In this document: in pieces, positions 49,585-61,516 of the stretch
How positions within the stretch are numbered: the first letter of the stretch is position 1
Layout of the letters: each line of letters begins with the position of its first letter
Origin: Paraphysomonas bandaiensis
Taxonomy: Eukaryota; Protista; Chrysophyceae
Assembly (NCBI GenBank): GCA_965644295.1
Contig: CBFFRP010000097.1
Span: 188,486-252,485, forward strand
Length of the DNA: 64,000 nucleotides
Direction of reading: 5' to 3'
Translations under genes and position numbers: made by a program
The notes under the pieces: model-generated
Database searches by the model: none
Told to the model about the DNA's origin: nothing
What the model saw: only the letters and a program-made list of their open reading frames with translations

Positions 49585-50704
49585 TGGTTGTTATGTCATA
49601 TATTAGTAAATTTGAAACCAAGGCCGTGCATTTTCGAACGTGTTTATTATTAAATGCTTCACAAAGAGTAGATTTTGAGTATTTTCTCCTGTTCAACATC
49701 TTTATATGATTCCGTATGTTTTCTTTAAATATAGGGGATCTATTATTCAACCTAGTCAAATTGGTTAAATTACCTAGTCACACCAAATTGGTGTAAAAAC
49801 CTAGCCAAGTAGTTGAAAAGCCTAGTCATTTAATAATTCAGTTTACAATGACTAGGTTGACTAGGTGTTTTAGGGTATTCTCCTAGCATACTCTAGCCAT
49901 CAATTAATGAAAATGCAACCATTGTACATATGCAAATGCAATATATCAGATTTCATCTTTGGAAATAGAAGTTTACGATGCGGGGTTCTAGCAGCATTTG
50001 TATATGTTAAAATCTGTATACAATGCTTTCTTGGGGCCTTACGTACTTAATAATAAGTGTACACTGTACACAATCCACAATCGATGCTTCTTTAATTTAC
50101 ATTGTGGCAGCTTTAATCGATACAATCGCTTGAATATCATTCATGAAATTATTATTGCATAAGCAATTACGCGTTATTATGTGTAAAATGTAAAAAACAT
50201 CAACAACATAGTTTTATACTTCTTTCATATTAACCTCTGACAAACTTGCGTATCTTGAATCGTCATGATATAAACAATAAACATACCTATTCCTACAAGA
50301 AGGCCCAGTATAAAACTGCACATTCGTGGGGGGATTTCTCAAGGTCTATATTAGTAGACCAAACATTACAAACATGGATAATAATTTTCTTAGAAGTACA
50401 TCTGAACATTAACAAAGGTATATTTTAAAACGCCCTCAAAATAGTTGACTTATCTACAATAAACTTTACAACTGCGCACCGTCTTTTCTACAAAACATTT
50501 CTTACTTGAGATACTTAGAGATAAGAAGCACTCTGTCAGTATCACTAAAACGTTCAAATGGACAGCATTTAAAATTGCAATCGTAATTAATTCAAGAAGC
50601 AATAGTTTATAGTGTTGCTATATGCTCTCACATGGTATCATAGCAATTCAAAATAAACACTCTTCGCGAGGTCCAAACACAACACAATTACTAAATTTTT
50701 GAGT

Positions 50705-51991
50705 TTATTCATTGTTAGGCTGCTCACTCTGCTCCTGTGGCTGTTGCAAAGCCTGATTCTGCTGAGGATCACCTTGCTGAGGCATCATTTGTTGTTGAGG
50801 GTAACCTTGCTGTGGCATCATCGGTTGTTGTTGTGGATACCCTTGCTGAGGCATCATTTGCTGTTGTTGAGGGTACCCTTGCTGAGGCATCATTTGTTGT
50901 TGAGGGTAACCTTGCTGTGGCATCATTTGCTGTTGTTGTGGATACCCTTGCTGAGGCATCATTTGCTGTTGTTGAGGGTACCCTTGCTGTGGCATCATTT
51001 GCTGTTGTTGAGGATAGCCTTGTTGAGGCATCATCTGTTGTTGAGGATAGCCTTGCTGAGGCATCATCTGTTGTTGAGGATAGCCTTGCTGAGGCATCAT
51101 CTGTTGTTGAGGGTATCCTTGCTGAGGCATCATTTGCTGTTGCATGGGTACCACTTGACCAGCACTGTATGTCCCCCGCACAACCGGTTGTTGTGTGACT
51201 ATTGTACCGAGTGGCCCGGCATTGTATTGCATTGGTAAGACATCCACAACAATGCCTTTCATATATTTACTGTCATCCGTTGCAATTAATGAGTTTGATT
51301 CAGTCAAGGCGTTCCAACATTTAATATCTTTTCCGCTCCAATTGTGTGCTTCGAAATACTCTTCGTTAAGTGCACTTGTCGAACATGGGTTTAGGATAAT
51401 ACATTGAATTCCGTTCATTTGGCCTTCCGCCGCAGTACCAAGAACAGCAATTAGTTCATTCACAGAAAATGTTCCTTCCCTATACCGAATACGTGGCTTG
51501 CCAATATTAGCTCCAAAAAATTTTGAGCCGTTTGCACCATGGCGCTCTAGTAGTTGTCTCAAATTAGGATTATCCTCTGATGGATCACAACTGAAAAACT
51601 TTCCACCTTCTTGTCCACCAACATCCTGTTTAACATACACTTTCATAGAATACTGTTCAGCAGGAACAAACACAGGAGGACCAGCAGGGTCACAGAGAAG
51701 AAAATTGCACTGTTTTGTTTCAGTAAACATATGCTCCCACTCATAATACGTCTGTTCATTGCCGTCAGCATCAGTTCTTTTCTTTTTTACATGTTCTTCA
51801 CAATCAATACGATAATAAACACATGGTTGATTGGATACAGGAGCAATTACAGGGTTTGATGCAAGCACAACTCTTCCAACCACAAATTTTGAATCGCCTG
51901 CCTTAATTTCAGATGATTTCACCACTTCCATATTCTCAAGTATAGCCTTCACCTGACTGGCTTCATCCATACAACAGAAGAAACACCCCAT
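50705..51991 (-). CDS. Putative dually acylated protein with GIDE-like domain and C-terminal [11 protein letters not shown] repeats
   Basis: Likely start MGCFFCC at 51991. [11 protein letters not shown]...FLLCD...RYREG resembles the GIDE domain. About 12 repeats of 27-30 bp at 50760-51140. Confidence 0.65.
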   Translation of the reverse strand: MGCFFCCMDEASQVKAILENMEVVKSSEIKAGDSKFVVGRVVLASNPVIAPVSNQPCVYYRIDCEEHVKKKRTDADGNEQTYYEWEHMFTETKQCNFLLCDPAGPPVFVPAEQYSMKVYVKQDVGGQEGGKFFSCDPSEDNPNLRQLLERHGANGSKFFGANIGKPRIRYREGTFSVNELIAVLGTAAEGQMNGIQCIILNPCSTSALNEEYFEAHNWSGKDIKCWNALTESNSLIATDDSKYMKGIVVDVLPMQYNAGPLGTIVTQQPVVRGTYSAGQVVPMQQQMMPQQGYPQQQMMPQQGYPQQQMMPQQGYPQQQMMPQQGYPQQQQMMPQQGYPQQQQMMPQQGYPQQQQMMPQQGYPQQQMMPQQGYPQQQQMMPQQGYPQQQPMMPQQGYPQQQMMPQQGDPQQNQALQQPQEQSEQPNNE

Positions 51992-52523
51992 GCTTTTAGT
52001 CTCGTCCACAAGTATGTGGGGATCGTCTAAACAGGTTATATGGATGATACTATTGCTTAATATACTCACATGCATAGCCCTGTATGTAACTGTCGTCATC
52101 GTGCCTAGCGATCGTATGCTGTTTTTTTATACCTATTTTTCATACCTACAAATGTAGATTATATGTGGAAATCCCTGATTTTTATGTTGAGAAAAGGGTC
52201 TCTGAAAAATGGACCCCACAGAATTTTATATCCCATTCTCTGGTGTGTACTTCTGTATTAGTGTACTGGTGTACCCACAGAGTACATCTAGATATACAGA
52301 AAAGTGAGTGTATACGGGTATACCGTATACAGTACAGAGTATACATAAGAGGACAGAGAAAGGGCCCGTGTGTACCTACAGCTCCATATGTAGACATGCG
52401 TATGTTCCACAGTCTATTGTCCTCTAGTCCTCCATGCTCCTCTAGTTCTCCATCTATATATAGGGGTCCATTCATGTCTACTTCACCAATAGAAACAACA
52501 ACAATCATTCCTTATTGTAAACT

Positions 52524-52975
52524 ATGGTTACAACTATCTCTAACGTTCCTCAGGGGAAGCAACAACTGGGACAATGCAGTGTCCCTCACTGCGCATCTGC
52601 AAAACAAGAGGCCAAAAGACGAGCGAAATGTGAATCTTCACGTTGCAGTCGACAAAAAGGTAAAGCTGATTTGGAGTATTTCAAAAGACGCATTAATGAA
52701 TTACAGCGTGATAATCAGTATCTTCGTTCCTACATCGCACATCATCGCCTCTCTCGTCCATATGAAAGCACCGTACAATATCCGAGAACGGTGAGCTGCT
52801 CTTCTTAACATGTAAAGTATTAATTGTATTCTCACAGAATAATACAACACGTAATGAGTGTGAGGATGAACAAGCACTTTTTAAGAATGGTTTGGACATA
52901 ACTGATGATGATTTTTGGGACGCTGAAGGTGGAGCTGAATATTTATATACAACGGACAGTCATAATAATATATAA
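52524..52975 (+). CDS. Small atypical bZIP protein, 2 exons
   Basis: Basic region KRRAKCESSRCSRQKGK followed by zipper LEYFKRRINELQRDNQYLRSYI. Intron 52791-52837 leads to an acidic tail ending TAA at 52973-52975. Confidence 0.6.
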
Positions 52976-53443
52976 GTAAATTTTTCAATATGTAATAAAC
53001 AACGATAGAAACGTGCTTATTCTACTGTCGTATTGTTTATGGAATTTATCTATGCACCTATTTGCGTTGTGTGCTCCGATTATTGTTGATTTTTTCATGC
53101 TTGGTGCGGCCAATTATAGAGTGTAGAATATCGGGAGATGACTTCTATAACTGTTCTAGAGGTTTAATATAATAAACGTAAACTAAACTGTCTAGTTACT
53201 GTACTTGTAGCTGTTGGTATATTGTGCTTGCTTAACGAGGTGATTTCTATAGAATATATAGTATTAGGTATTAGTAGCACTAAAAAAGAGAATCCTATTT
53301 CCAACTAATAGAGCTATCAGAGTCATCCTGTTTATGCAACACAGTCAATTAATAATATTAATATAGAACATGTTATTAACAAATTTATTGCTATGAAACA
53401 CTTGAATATTGAAACACTACCAGTACAACACACACACCACACA

Positions 53444-54493
53444 CTACTTCGCTTTCTTTTTACGTTTCTTTTTAGTGACAGGTACTTCTTGTGCTTTTTT
53501 GACACAAGGATAACCATCAAGAGTTGTGAAAAATCTCTGTGGTGGATTTGTATCCCGCTTTCCATGTGCAGCAAGCGCCTGAGCATCTTTCGGTCCACCG
53601 GGTCGGCATAAATACTTAACAATGTCCCGCTGTCCACATGCAGCGGCAAATGTAATGTGGCCTTCAGTGCCATCCTCGAAGTCATTCTCATCTTTAAGTA
53701 CAGCACCCTTGTCAAGCAAATATTCTAAAAACTCTTCATGACCACCCTTTATAGCGCACATTATAGGGTCAAACCCGTCGGCCGAAACAACGTTGATATC
53801 GACTCCTTTCTCTTCTACAAGGAATAACACGATATACTCGTGCCCACAGTACGTGGCCAGCTGTAATGGTGTCCACGGTCCACCTCCAGGAGGATTAACA
53901 TCAGCTCCATATTCGCAGTACATCTTCAGTTTTTCAAGGTTTCCTGTCCGGCAAACGATATCAACCATTCTTCTCTCCTCCTCTAGGGCAAGTGCAAGAG
54001 CTTCAGCAGCAATATCCTCATTCAACACACTCAAATCACAAGGCTTCATGAAGTTCTTGACAATATCATCTTTCTTTTGTTTCATATATAACGTTATTCC
54101 GCCACTATCTCCTGAACTTATGAAATTAAAAAGCAGGTGGGGATTTTCTTGAGGATTTTGAATCTCAGTCTGGATTTCTTTGAAAAATACATCTTCTGGC
54201 CAGGTAGTATCCCTTCCACCCGGTCGTTTTCGAGTGAGGTTATGTGACTCATATGTAATTTCAGTAAACCATACTCGGACCCTATCAGACACATACAGAT
54301 CGAATGCAAGTTTGCTGGGATATAACTTCAGTCGCTCTGGTTTCTTTGGGCCATTCCGTTTTTCATATTGAGTATAAGCAGGAATTATTTTACGTCTTGA
54401 AAATACGAGATATGGCACAGTGGATAAATCATTATGGACTTGTTGTCCAAAGTATGAGACATGAAGCTTATGATCTAGAGTCATACTACTCAA
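53444..54493 (-). CDS. Ankyrin-repeat protein with basic C-terminal tail
   Basis: Motifs GADVN, WTPLQLATYCGH, AIKGGHEEFLEYLLDKGA and AAACGQRDIVKYL. KKKRKKKAK tail. Start codon uncertain. Confidence 0.85.
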   Translation of the reverse strand: MSSMTLDHKLHVSYFGQQVHNDLSTVPYLVFSRRKIIPAYTQYEKRNGPKKPERLKLYPSKLAFDLYVSDRVRVWFTEITYESHNLTRKRPGGRDTTWPEDVFFKEIQTEIQNPQENPHLLFNFISSGDSGGITLYMKQKKDDIVKNFMKPCDLSVLNEDIAAEALALALEEERRMVDIVCRTGNLEKLKMYCEYGADVNPPGGGPWTPLQLATYCGHEYIVLFLVEEKGVDINVVSADGFDPIMCAIKGGHEEFLEYLLDKGAVLKDENDFEDGTEGHITFAAACGQRDIVKYLCRPGGPKDAQALAAHGKRDTNPPQRFFTTLDGYPCVKKAQEVPVTKKKRKKKAK

Positions 54494-54659
54494 CAGTGAA
54501 CCTCTTATATGATATGCTGGAGTAGAAGGAGAGATATGTAGGTCATATTATGCTGTTAGAGGAGTGAGTATTCCAAGTATAGTGGTATAGTGATACAGTG
54601 GTGAGGATATATAGAATATAATGAGCTCTCAGTTAAGCAGTGAGATGAGTATAACAGCC

Positions 54660-54775
54660 CGTATCGGCAGTCAGCATCTTATTTTTCGGGAATAATTTGA
54701 ATCAAATATACTCTATATTACTGTAATACAACTACGGCTGGAATACAGGCAATTATTGACTCAATATCAGATGCA
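54660..54775. mobile_element. MITE copy 2 (same family as 12515-12636), right TIR disrupted
   Basis: Aligns by eye over ~115 bp: CGTATCGGCAGTCAGCATCT...CTATATTACTG...AACTACGGCTGGAATACA...AATTATTG.CTCAATAT.AGATGC. Confidence 0.75.
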
Positions 54776-56532
54776 CCTTTGAAGAAATATATACGCCTGC
54801 TATTTATAGGGCTGGAGAATAGACCTCTCGTATAGCCGGATAGATGCCCGTTATACGGGTTACGTTAGATGTGTTTTATCTGCATCATATACCATATAGC
54901 TGTACATGTATATATATATTTGTGTGGGCTGTGGACAATCAGTGTACAGCCAGGTGTGCACTTAAAACCAGTCACAGTGCTATAGGGAGCATGCTAGACT
55001 ATGTCCTGTTGCTCCATAACAACCACCATACTAAACTATGATAAGGCTACATTATTATCATTACGGATAGCATCATACACGTGTAGCCGTGTTAAGCTGA
55101 TGCTTATCTGCTACACATATATACGGATCTGAGTCGATAGAACACACTGTCTCAATGAACTGTTACAAGTAGGTAGAATACATGACACGTACAGATCAAT
55201 AATACACAATGGAATCAGTCACAGATGGAGACGCCGAGGCACTCACCGTATTATCAGTAAGTCGCCATGGTGCTTCTGAGCAACACTGCGACGTGCTAGT
55301 AAGTCACATATCCTGAAGATAGGAATGAGAGTTCACAAATATACATTTGACAAACTCTCATCTGCCACCTCTATAATCTACCCCAAATATTAGCTCAACA
55401 CTTTCGTCTTGTCATTTTTATTAGAAAGCTGATAATTGGCAAGCAAGCTATCTTACTTTGGTTTCAAGTGCTGAACGGGACGAAGGTTGAGTGTCACATA
55501 GATCACAATCTTATTATGTAAGCGTGACTGGCGGCAAATCAGCAATAACACACTGTAAGAGTTCCTTTAGAAGGCACAAGTTCCTGAAGATTTAATGCGA
55601 TACATTATTTTCCACATACTTGTACCACAAGGGTTATTCTTAAAGCTAACTGTATCCACATAGCAAGGTTATTTTTGTCTCCTAATGCATCTGGAAGGCT
55701 AATAGAACTGTCAGTAAAAATGTGTTGCACAAGATACCCAATAAAACAGTGTTTGAGTTGGGGAAAGTGTTGAGGTACAGTCCAAGATTAACAAGATTAA
55801 CAGAGATCGTTCGCACTGTGTGAGAGGCAGACGAAGAAACTGTAGATAGTGAAAAGAATTCCCTACTGAGTAGATGTTTTATCGTAAAAATATAGTCGTG
55901 AATGTCTTATTATTATCAATAAATGTATATGTTAGTTTCATAAATCGTCTACGGCGGGGTCGCGAAGATGGTTGCTTGTGAAGCTGTTGAAATGGTGGGC
56001 TATATAGATGACTGGAACCGCTATGCAAAGAAACAGTGTGATAATTTGTATTGACGGGAGACGGGAGAACTCATGGCACATGTCATCCACAGAAGATTAT
56101 CATATAAATCGCGCTCAGTTAAAAAGCCGTCATAGCTCTTCATTGTAAGGGTAGCAGGGGTACCTATGGTTGCTGATTTTGTTGCAGTTGTACATACTCT
56201 CTCCCAGGACTTCGTGCATAAACCAAGGCTCTCCCAACCTATAAATGCCCTCATATGTACCTAACTCGAAGTGCTTTTATTCACACACACAGCTGAAGTA
56301 CACTTCATATACTCAGGACAAGCATTTAAATTCAAATTCGACAATAATTGCTAATAGAAAAGAAATACTTGTCGAACTTAAGCTCGTTATTACAAACTAC
56401 TACACTAGTGCTTACGCCATCTTAAAGTTCATTTTCCAGTTGGATAATAAGGACAAGTAGAAATAACATTGACGGCTATCAGATGATGAAACCACAAAGC
56501 TTGGTAAACTGTTTTACATACTATCCACTACT

Positions 56533-59500
56533 CTATGCATCATCGTTGTAATTGTGCGTCTTCGGCTTAGATCCACTGCTGGAGCTATATGGGAGAAAGA
56601 ATTCGTCCTCTTTAGCTGTAGTCGCCACATTGCCGCTGACAAGGTTATTGTAGAAGCCATTAACTTGCGTGATAATCTGGCGAGCTTCCTCGGCACTAGT
56701 GGGCTCTTCTTGCGCAAGCTTATTCTGAGGCTTGCCATCTGAAGTTTTGTAGTTCTTGAGCCAGTCCACGAGACGGGAGATCGTGCCAGGCTTAACACGA
56801 TCCAAATCATATACGCTGTGTACTTGATGGAAATGAGGATCAGAAGCCCTAAGCACGATAATCTTGTGGTCGGTCTCTCCCTCATCAATTAGCTCCATAG
56901 CACCAAGAACCTTGCAAGTAACCACCGCTCCCATGGGAAGAGCTCCCTCTCCAATTTCAATAGCATCGATGGGGTCGTTGTCTCCCTTGGCACCAGTCAT
57001 GGCATCCACATGAGTGGAGTCCTCCCAGGTTTGAGGAAGCAGACCGTAATTGAAGAACGGTGTGCCGTAAGTGTAGTATCTTGGGGCATTGTTCTTTACA
57101 TCTTGCATGATGGGATTGTGTGGTTCCGTCTTGCTCACTTCCATCTTGGCAGTGGAGTACATCGGGATTTCTACAACAAAGTTAACCTCATGCTGGCTTT
57201 CGTCGGCCCACAACGGAATATCGTGCCAAGGCGACACAACCTTTCCTTCGTGGGTAATATACAGCTTGTAATCAGTTGTGCCGTAGTTGCCTTCATGTTT
57301 GGTAGACCTAGCGGTATGGGGAACAACATTCTGGATGCTGTATGGAACCCAATCGGGACTGTCAACATTCTGATAATAATCACACACTATTTCCCAACCG
57401 GACTGAACCATGAATCCGGGAGGGACACAGTTCTCCGCTAGAAGGTCACTGGGGATGGTTTTACCATTACTGACATCGCAAGGTACAGCTCCGGCTTTAG
57501 CAAGGGCACGCATCTTTGACCCGCTGATAGATATGAAATCATCCGGTCTGGAAGGGTCCATATCCTTCATGACATGGTCACGCTTGTCGTAGTACACTTT
57601 TCCAAAAGGAAGAATCTCCATTGGCTCCTGTCCGGGAGACATAGTCAGGACATATCTGCCGTGGTTACCATCGTAGAGGTCGTCATCAGGATGCGAAACA
57701 GCTAGTTCACTGCCTTTCATACCAGCAGGATCACGGCCAGCAACGAAGAATGAAGCGCCAGCGTTCCTTCTGCTCTTGGCATGGAAAAGAACCTCAGTGG
57801 GCCCGGCGTAGATCATGGGGGCTGGCCAGATCGCCATCACGGTCGTCTTGGGGTCGAGCATTCCCTCTGCCAATACAGCCTCGTGTTGCTTCACACGCAC
57901 GTCTAAGGGCACGTCATCGCTCTTGGTCCATCCGCCGAGGGGTGACAGCCAGAGGATAGGGTTGTTAAACCCACGCTTCAGAAGCATTTCACGGCCTGTT
58001 TTCATGAGGTAGGCATGACCCGCGTGAGTAGGGTTTCTTGTCTGAAAAGCAAACACAGCGTCTGCATTCTTGTTCTCGAACTGCTTCATTACCTCCGTGG
58101 CGGTCAGGCGCCACTTATCGAGACCATCGTTGTACTGGATACGTTCAAGCAGTTCAATTTCTCCTCCGATTAACCAGTCGCCACCGGAGTATATATGCTT
58201 TATGTACGGATGCCCAGGATCGATCACTCCAAAGATACGGGACACAATTTCCTCCTTTCTATTGACATAGATTTCCGGGTTGCGAAGAATGGCAAGAGTA
58301 TTTCCATGTTTACCAACAAGTGCGACGGCTCCCTTTCCAGAAGATTCTATCGCTGTCTTAGTATACTCAGTACAGGGAAGTACAATGGGAACAGACATGG
58401 ACACTCGTTTAGGAGGGGTGCTGGTGAAGTCCTCCATATCGGTCTTCTTGCTATATATGCCCTTGGTGCCCGTTAGATTGTGGGGGTCCACAAGCATGGA
58501 ATTGAAGTGCATGGTCTGTAGCAGTACGCCCTCACGCATAAAACCACGCAGAGGGGCAGCCCAACCCTCACCAATAGTCTGCAGCCAATTCACATCAATG
58601 TCCGTAAGAAGAGCCTTAGGAAGAGTCTCTGCCTCAGCGCGGCGCTGCTTCACCAAGTGCGGAGGAATATGGAGGTCAACAATCTCATCACCATCAGGGT
58701 AGGGTAATCCGTTGGGGAGAGTAGGGCCACCCACAAGTACTCCTTCCTGACGAAGCCGGCGCATGATGACATCTACACTTTGTTGGATAGTCATGTCATG
58801 GTTCTTAATCACAAGGTCGGCATTAGTGGGGGCCTCGTACGGATCATCGACACCTAAAGAACGCAACATAAGATGGAGCTTTGTATATATGTGTACCCCA
58901 AATACCAGTAAAATGCTTGATCTCGCCAGCAGCAACTTTTTTGTACAGACCCTTGGGGTCTCTGTCCTGCACCACAGTAAGCGGCACGTCCATAAACACC
59001 TCAAGAAATTTAATGCCCTGCTCATCGTGTCGCTTGCGAGCCAAGTCTCTGTCCTCACGGTAGGGCGAGACAAGGGACACAATTGTTATTGTACCGGCAT
59101 CCGAGAACAGACAAGCCAGCTCACCAACACGACGAACGCTTTCAGCACGGTCAGATTTAGAGAACCCTAGATCACGATTAAGACCAGTGCGAATATTGTC
59201 CCCATCAAGACGATAGACGCTCTTGCCGTAACGGGTGACCAATTGCTCTTCCAACAAACTAGCGATAGTACTTTTTCCACTGCCAGACAATCCAGTCATC
59301 CATAAAGTAATTCCTTTCTGATCAAGAGCAGCATAGCGGCGTTCTCTGGGAAGATGGCAGGCTTCCTGTGATCCACCTTCACCGGCTTCTATGCACTCAA
59401 TGATATGTGGTTTGGACTGGGATAAAATCTTTTCACGGTATGCACCGATATCAAAATCTTCCATATTGAAAGAAGCAGAAGATGTGTGAATAGGATTTGC

Positions 59501-59840
59501 AGTAGAGGTCATGGCAACTTCATCACAGTTCGCGTGTCCTCCGGCTCTGGCCAGTACATACACAATAGCTGACAGCACCATACTGTATACACCCCATTAC
59601 ACATATATCCATATATATGCATATGCGACAAGATACTTACAATCCGATACATATATCTCGTTTTTTGGTGAATTCATCACTATCGTGAGCACGGCCTCCA
59701 TGTCCTGGTGCATCAGGGTTCTATATCGATACATACACATGTAAGTATCGCCATATATAGACATACATCACACTATACACACCGTTGAAAGCGGGTTATA
59801 CTCATACCGCGGCATTCTCTTCAGAGGGTATCTGATCCTG
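56533..59840 (-). CDS. PAPSS: Trifunctional APS kinase - ATP sulfurylase - inorganic pyrophosphatase (PAPS synthase fusion)
   Basis: APK motifs TGLSGSGKST and LDGDNIR. ATPS motifs QTRNPTHAGH and AGRDPAG. PPase motifs SPWHDIPL, YGLLPQTWED, GDNDPID and DEGETDHK. Intron 58854-58905 joins FTG|VDDPYE. Further 5' exons exist and the true start is unresolved. Confidence 0.93.
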
Positions 59841-60446
59841 CAACTTGATGTGCAATATATACCCACAATATAATGATCTACTTCTTATAAATAAGTGAAG
59901 TAAGTAGATCACTCCACACTGCTATGTATATATGTATGTATGTACGTAAGGTATGTATGTATGACTACTGGTGGTGTGAGCTGTTGATATATTCCACATG
60001 CTGTAGATTCCATATAAAAAAAAGTAGAAGTCATTTGAAAACCATTCATCTTGAAAAGCTTTCTTTCAGTTTTGATATCACTATGAATGGGATATGAAAT
60101 ACAGAGTATACTGTAGATGGTATACCCGGCCTCTTCCTCATCATTCATTCATAAAAAAAAAACATCCTTCATCTTTATACGTATGTAAGTGTATATAAGC
60201 GTATGTTTCTATATATAGATATCTCCATCCATCATCTCCTCCTCCTGTAGGTGTCAGTACACACCATAGTATAGCAGTAACACATCGCCATATGTACACC
60301 AGGAGGGAGTGGTAGTCGACATCTATAGATTAAAGAACAGCATCTCATCACTACTATAGTAACAAGCATTCATATGACTGAATGAGTCATATATTATTAT
60401 AGCAGTACATCTATACGAGGATATATACAGTCAGTCTATCATATAT

Positions 60447-61516
60447 ATGGAGTCACAAACAGGAGATTTAGAAGATTGGCAAGAATGGAACCCATCCAAA
60501 CTATCATTTGTTGGTCATATGATTGCAGGAAGTTTTGCTGGTTTAGCAGAACATGTATCTATATTTCCACTCGATACACTTAAGACGAATATACAGTGTG
60601 AAAAGTGTGGTTCGAGTAGTCCGTTTAAAACTTTGAGTTGTGCTCAACGAATTGTTAAGAATGATGGGATATTGCGCTTATGGCGTGGTGTTGGTGCCAT
60701 GTTTTTAGGGTGTATTCCAGGTACAATATTTTTCTGTCATGCTGTTTTGTTAATATAGTTGTTTTAGCACATGCTGCTTACTTTAGCCTTTTCGAAACAA
60801 TGAAAACTGGATTGGGTGCAGATAAGGAAGGACATTTTCCATTGGAGGCGGCACTTTGTGGTGCAGCTGCAACATTCGCTCACGATTTCATCATGACACC
60901 TTTTGATGTTGTCAAACAACGTCTACAATTAGGCTATCACAAGAACCTCTTGGATTGCGCTCGGTCTATACTTTTTCGTGAAGGTCCCAAAGCATTATAT
61001 CTGTCTTTTCCAACTACTGTCGTAATGAATTTACCTTACGGTTGCATAATGGTCTCAACCAATGAATCAGTCCGGAAAGTACTGAATCCTAGTGGTGGTT
61101 ACTCGATGCAAACGTCAATGTTGGCAGGGTGTATATCTGGTGCTGTGGCATCCCTAGTCACAACACCGTTAGATGTTGTGAAAACTCGTTTACAAACTCA
61201 GAATTTGGTATCCCGATCTGTGTCATCAAGTACGATCTCGAGACCTCAAAATGCATTAAATACATTCGCAACGCCAAAGTTATACCCTAGATATATGGTT
61301 TCTGTTACTTCTCCAGAAAAGATTCCGTTTGAAGGGAGTATGCATGGAACACCAAGATATAGCACAATGAGACAGACAATACGACGTATCATTGCAGAAG
61401 AAGGGTACTTGGCATTTTGGAAAGGGGCTCTCCCTAGAATGATGGTTCATGCTCCTTCGGTTGCCGTATCTTGGACTGCTTACGAGCTCGCGAAATCATG
61501 TTTAGAGAATGTATAG
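60447..61516 (+). CDS. Mitochondrial carrier, mitoferrin (MRS3/4, SLC25A28/37)-like, 2 exons
   Basis: Three carrier signatures (PLDTLKT, PFDVVKQR, PLDVVKTR) and mitoferrin-type AEH, PAHAAYF and HDFIMTP motifs. Intron 60722-60768. Confidence 0.9.

Noticed and set aside
50699-51238. LLRHHLLL-repeat ORF; possible CRISPR-like array
   Set aside because: Antisense of the QQGYP coding repeat. There are no unique spacers and the context is eukaryotic.
55000-56460. Possible gene or TE remnant between the ankyrin gene and PAPSS
   Set aside because: Only short ORFs, with no motifs, TIRs or TSDs that I could support.
3409-59581. A window-wide sulfur or carbohydrate gene cluster (CDO, MsrB, PAPSS; GT31, GH55, GH32)
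   Set aside because: The genes are separated by tens of kb of unrelated housekeeping genes, with no evidence of a functional cluster.
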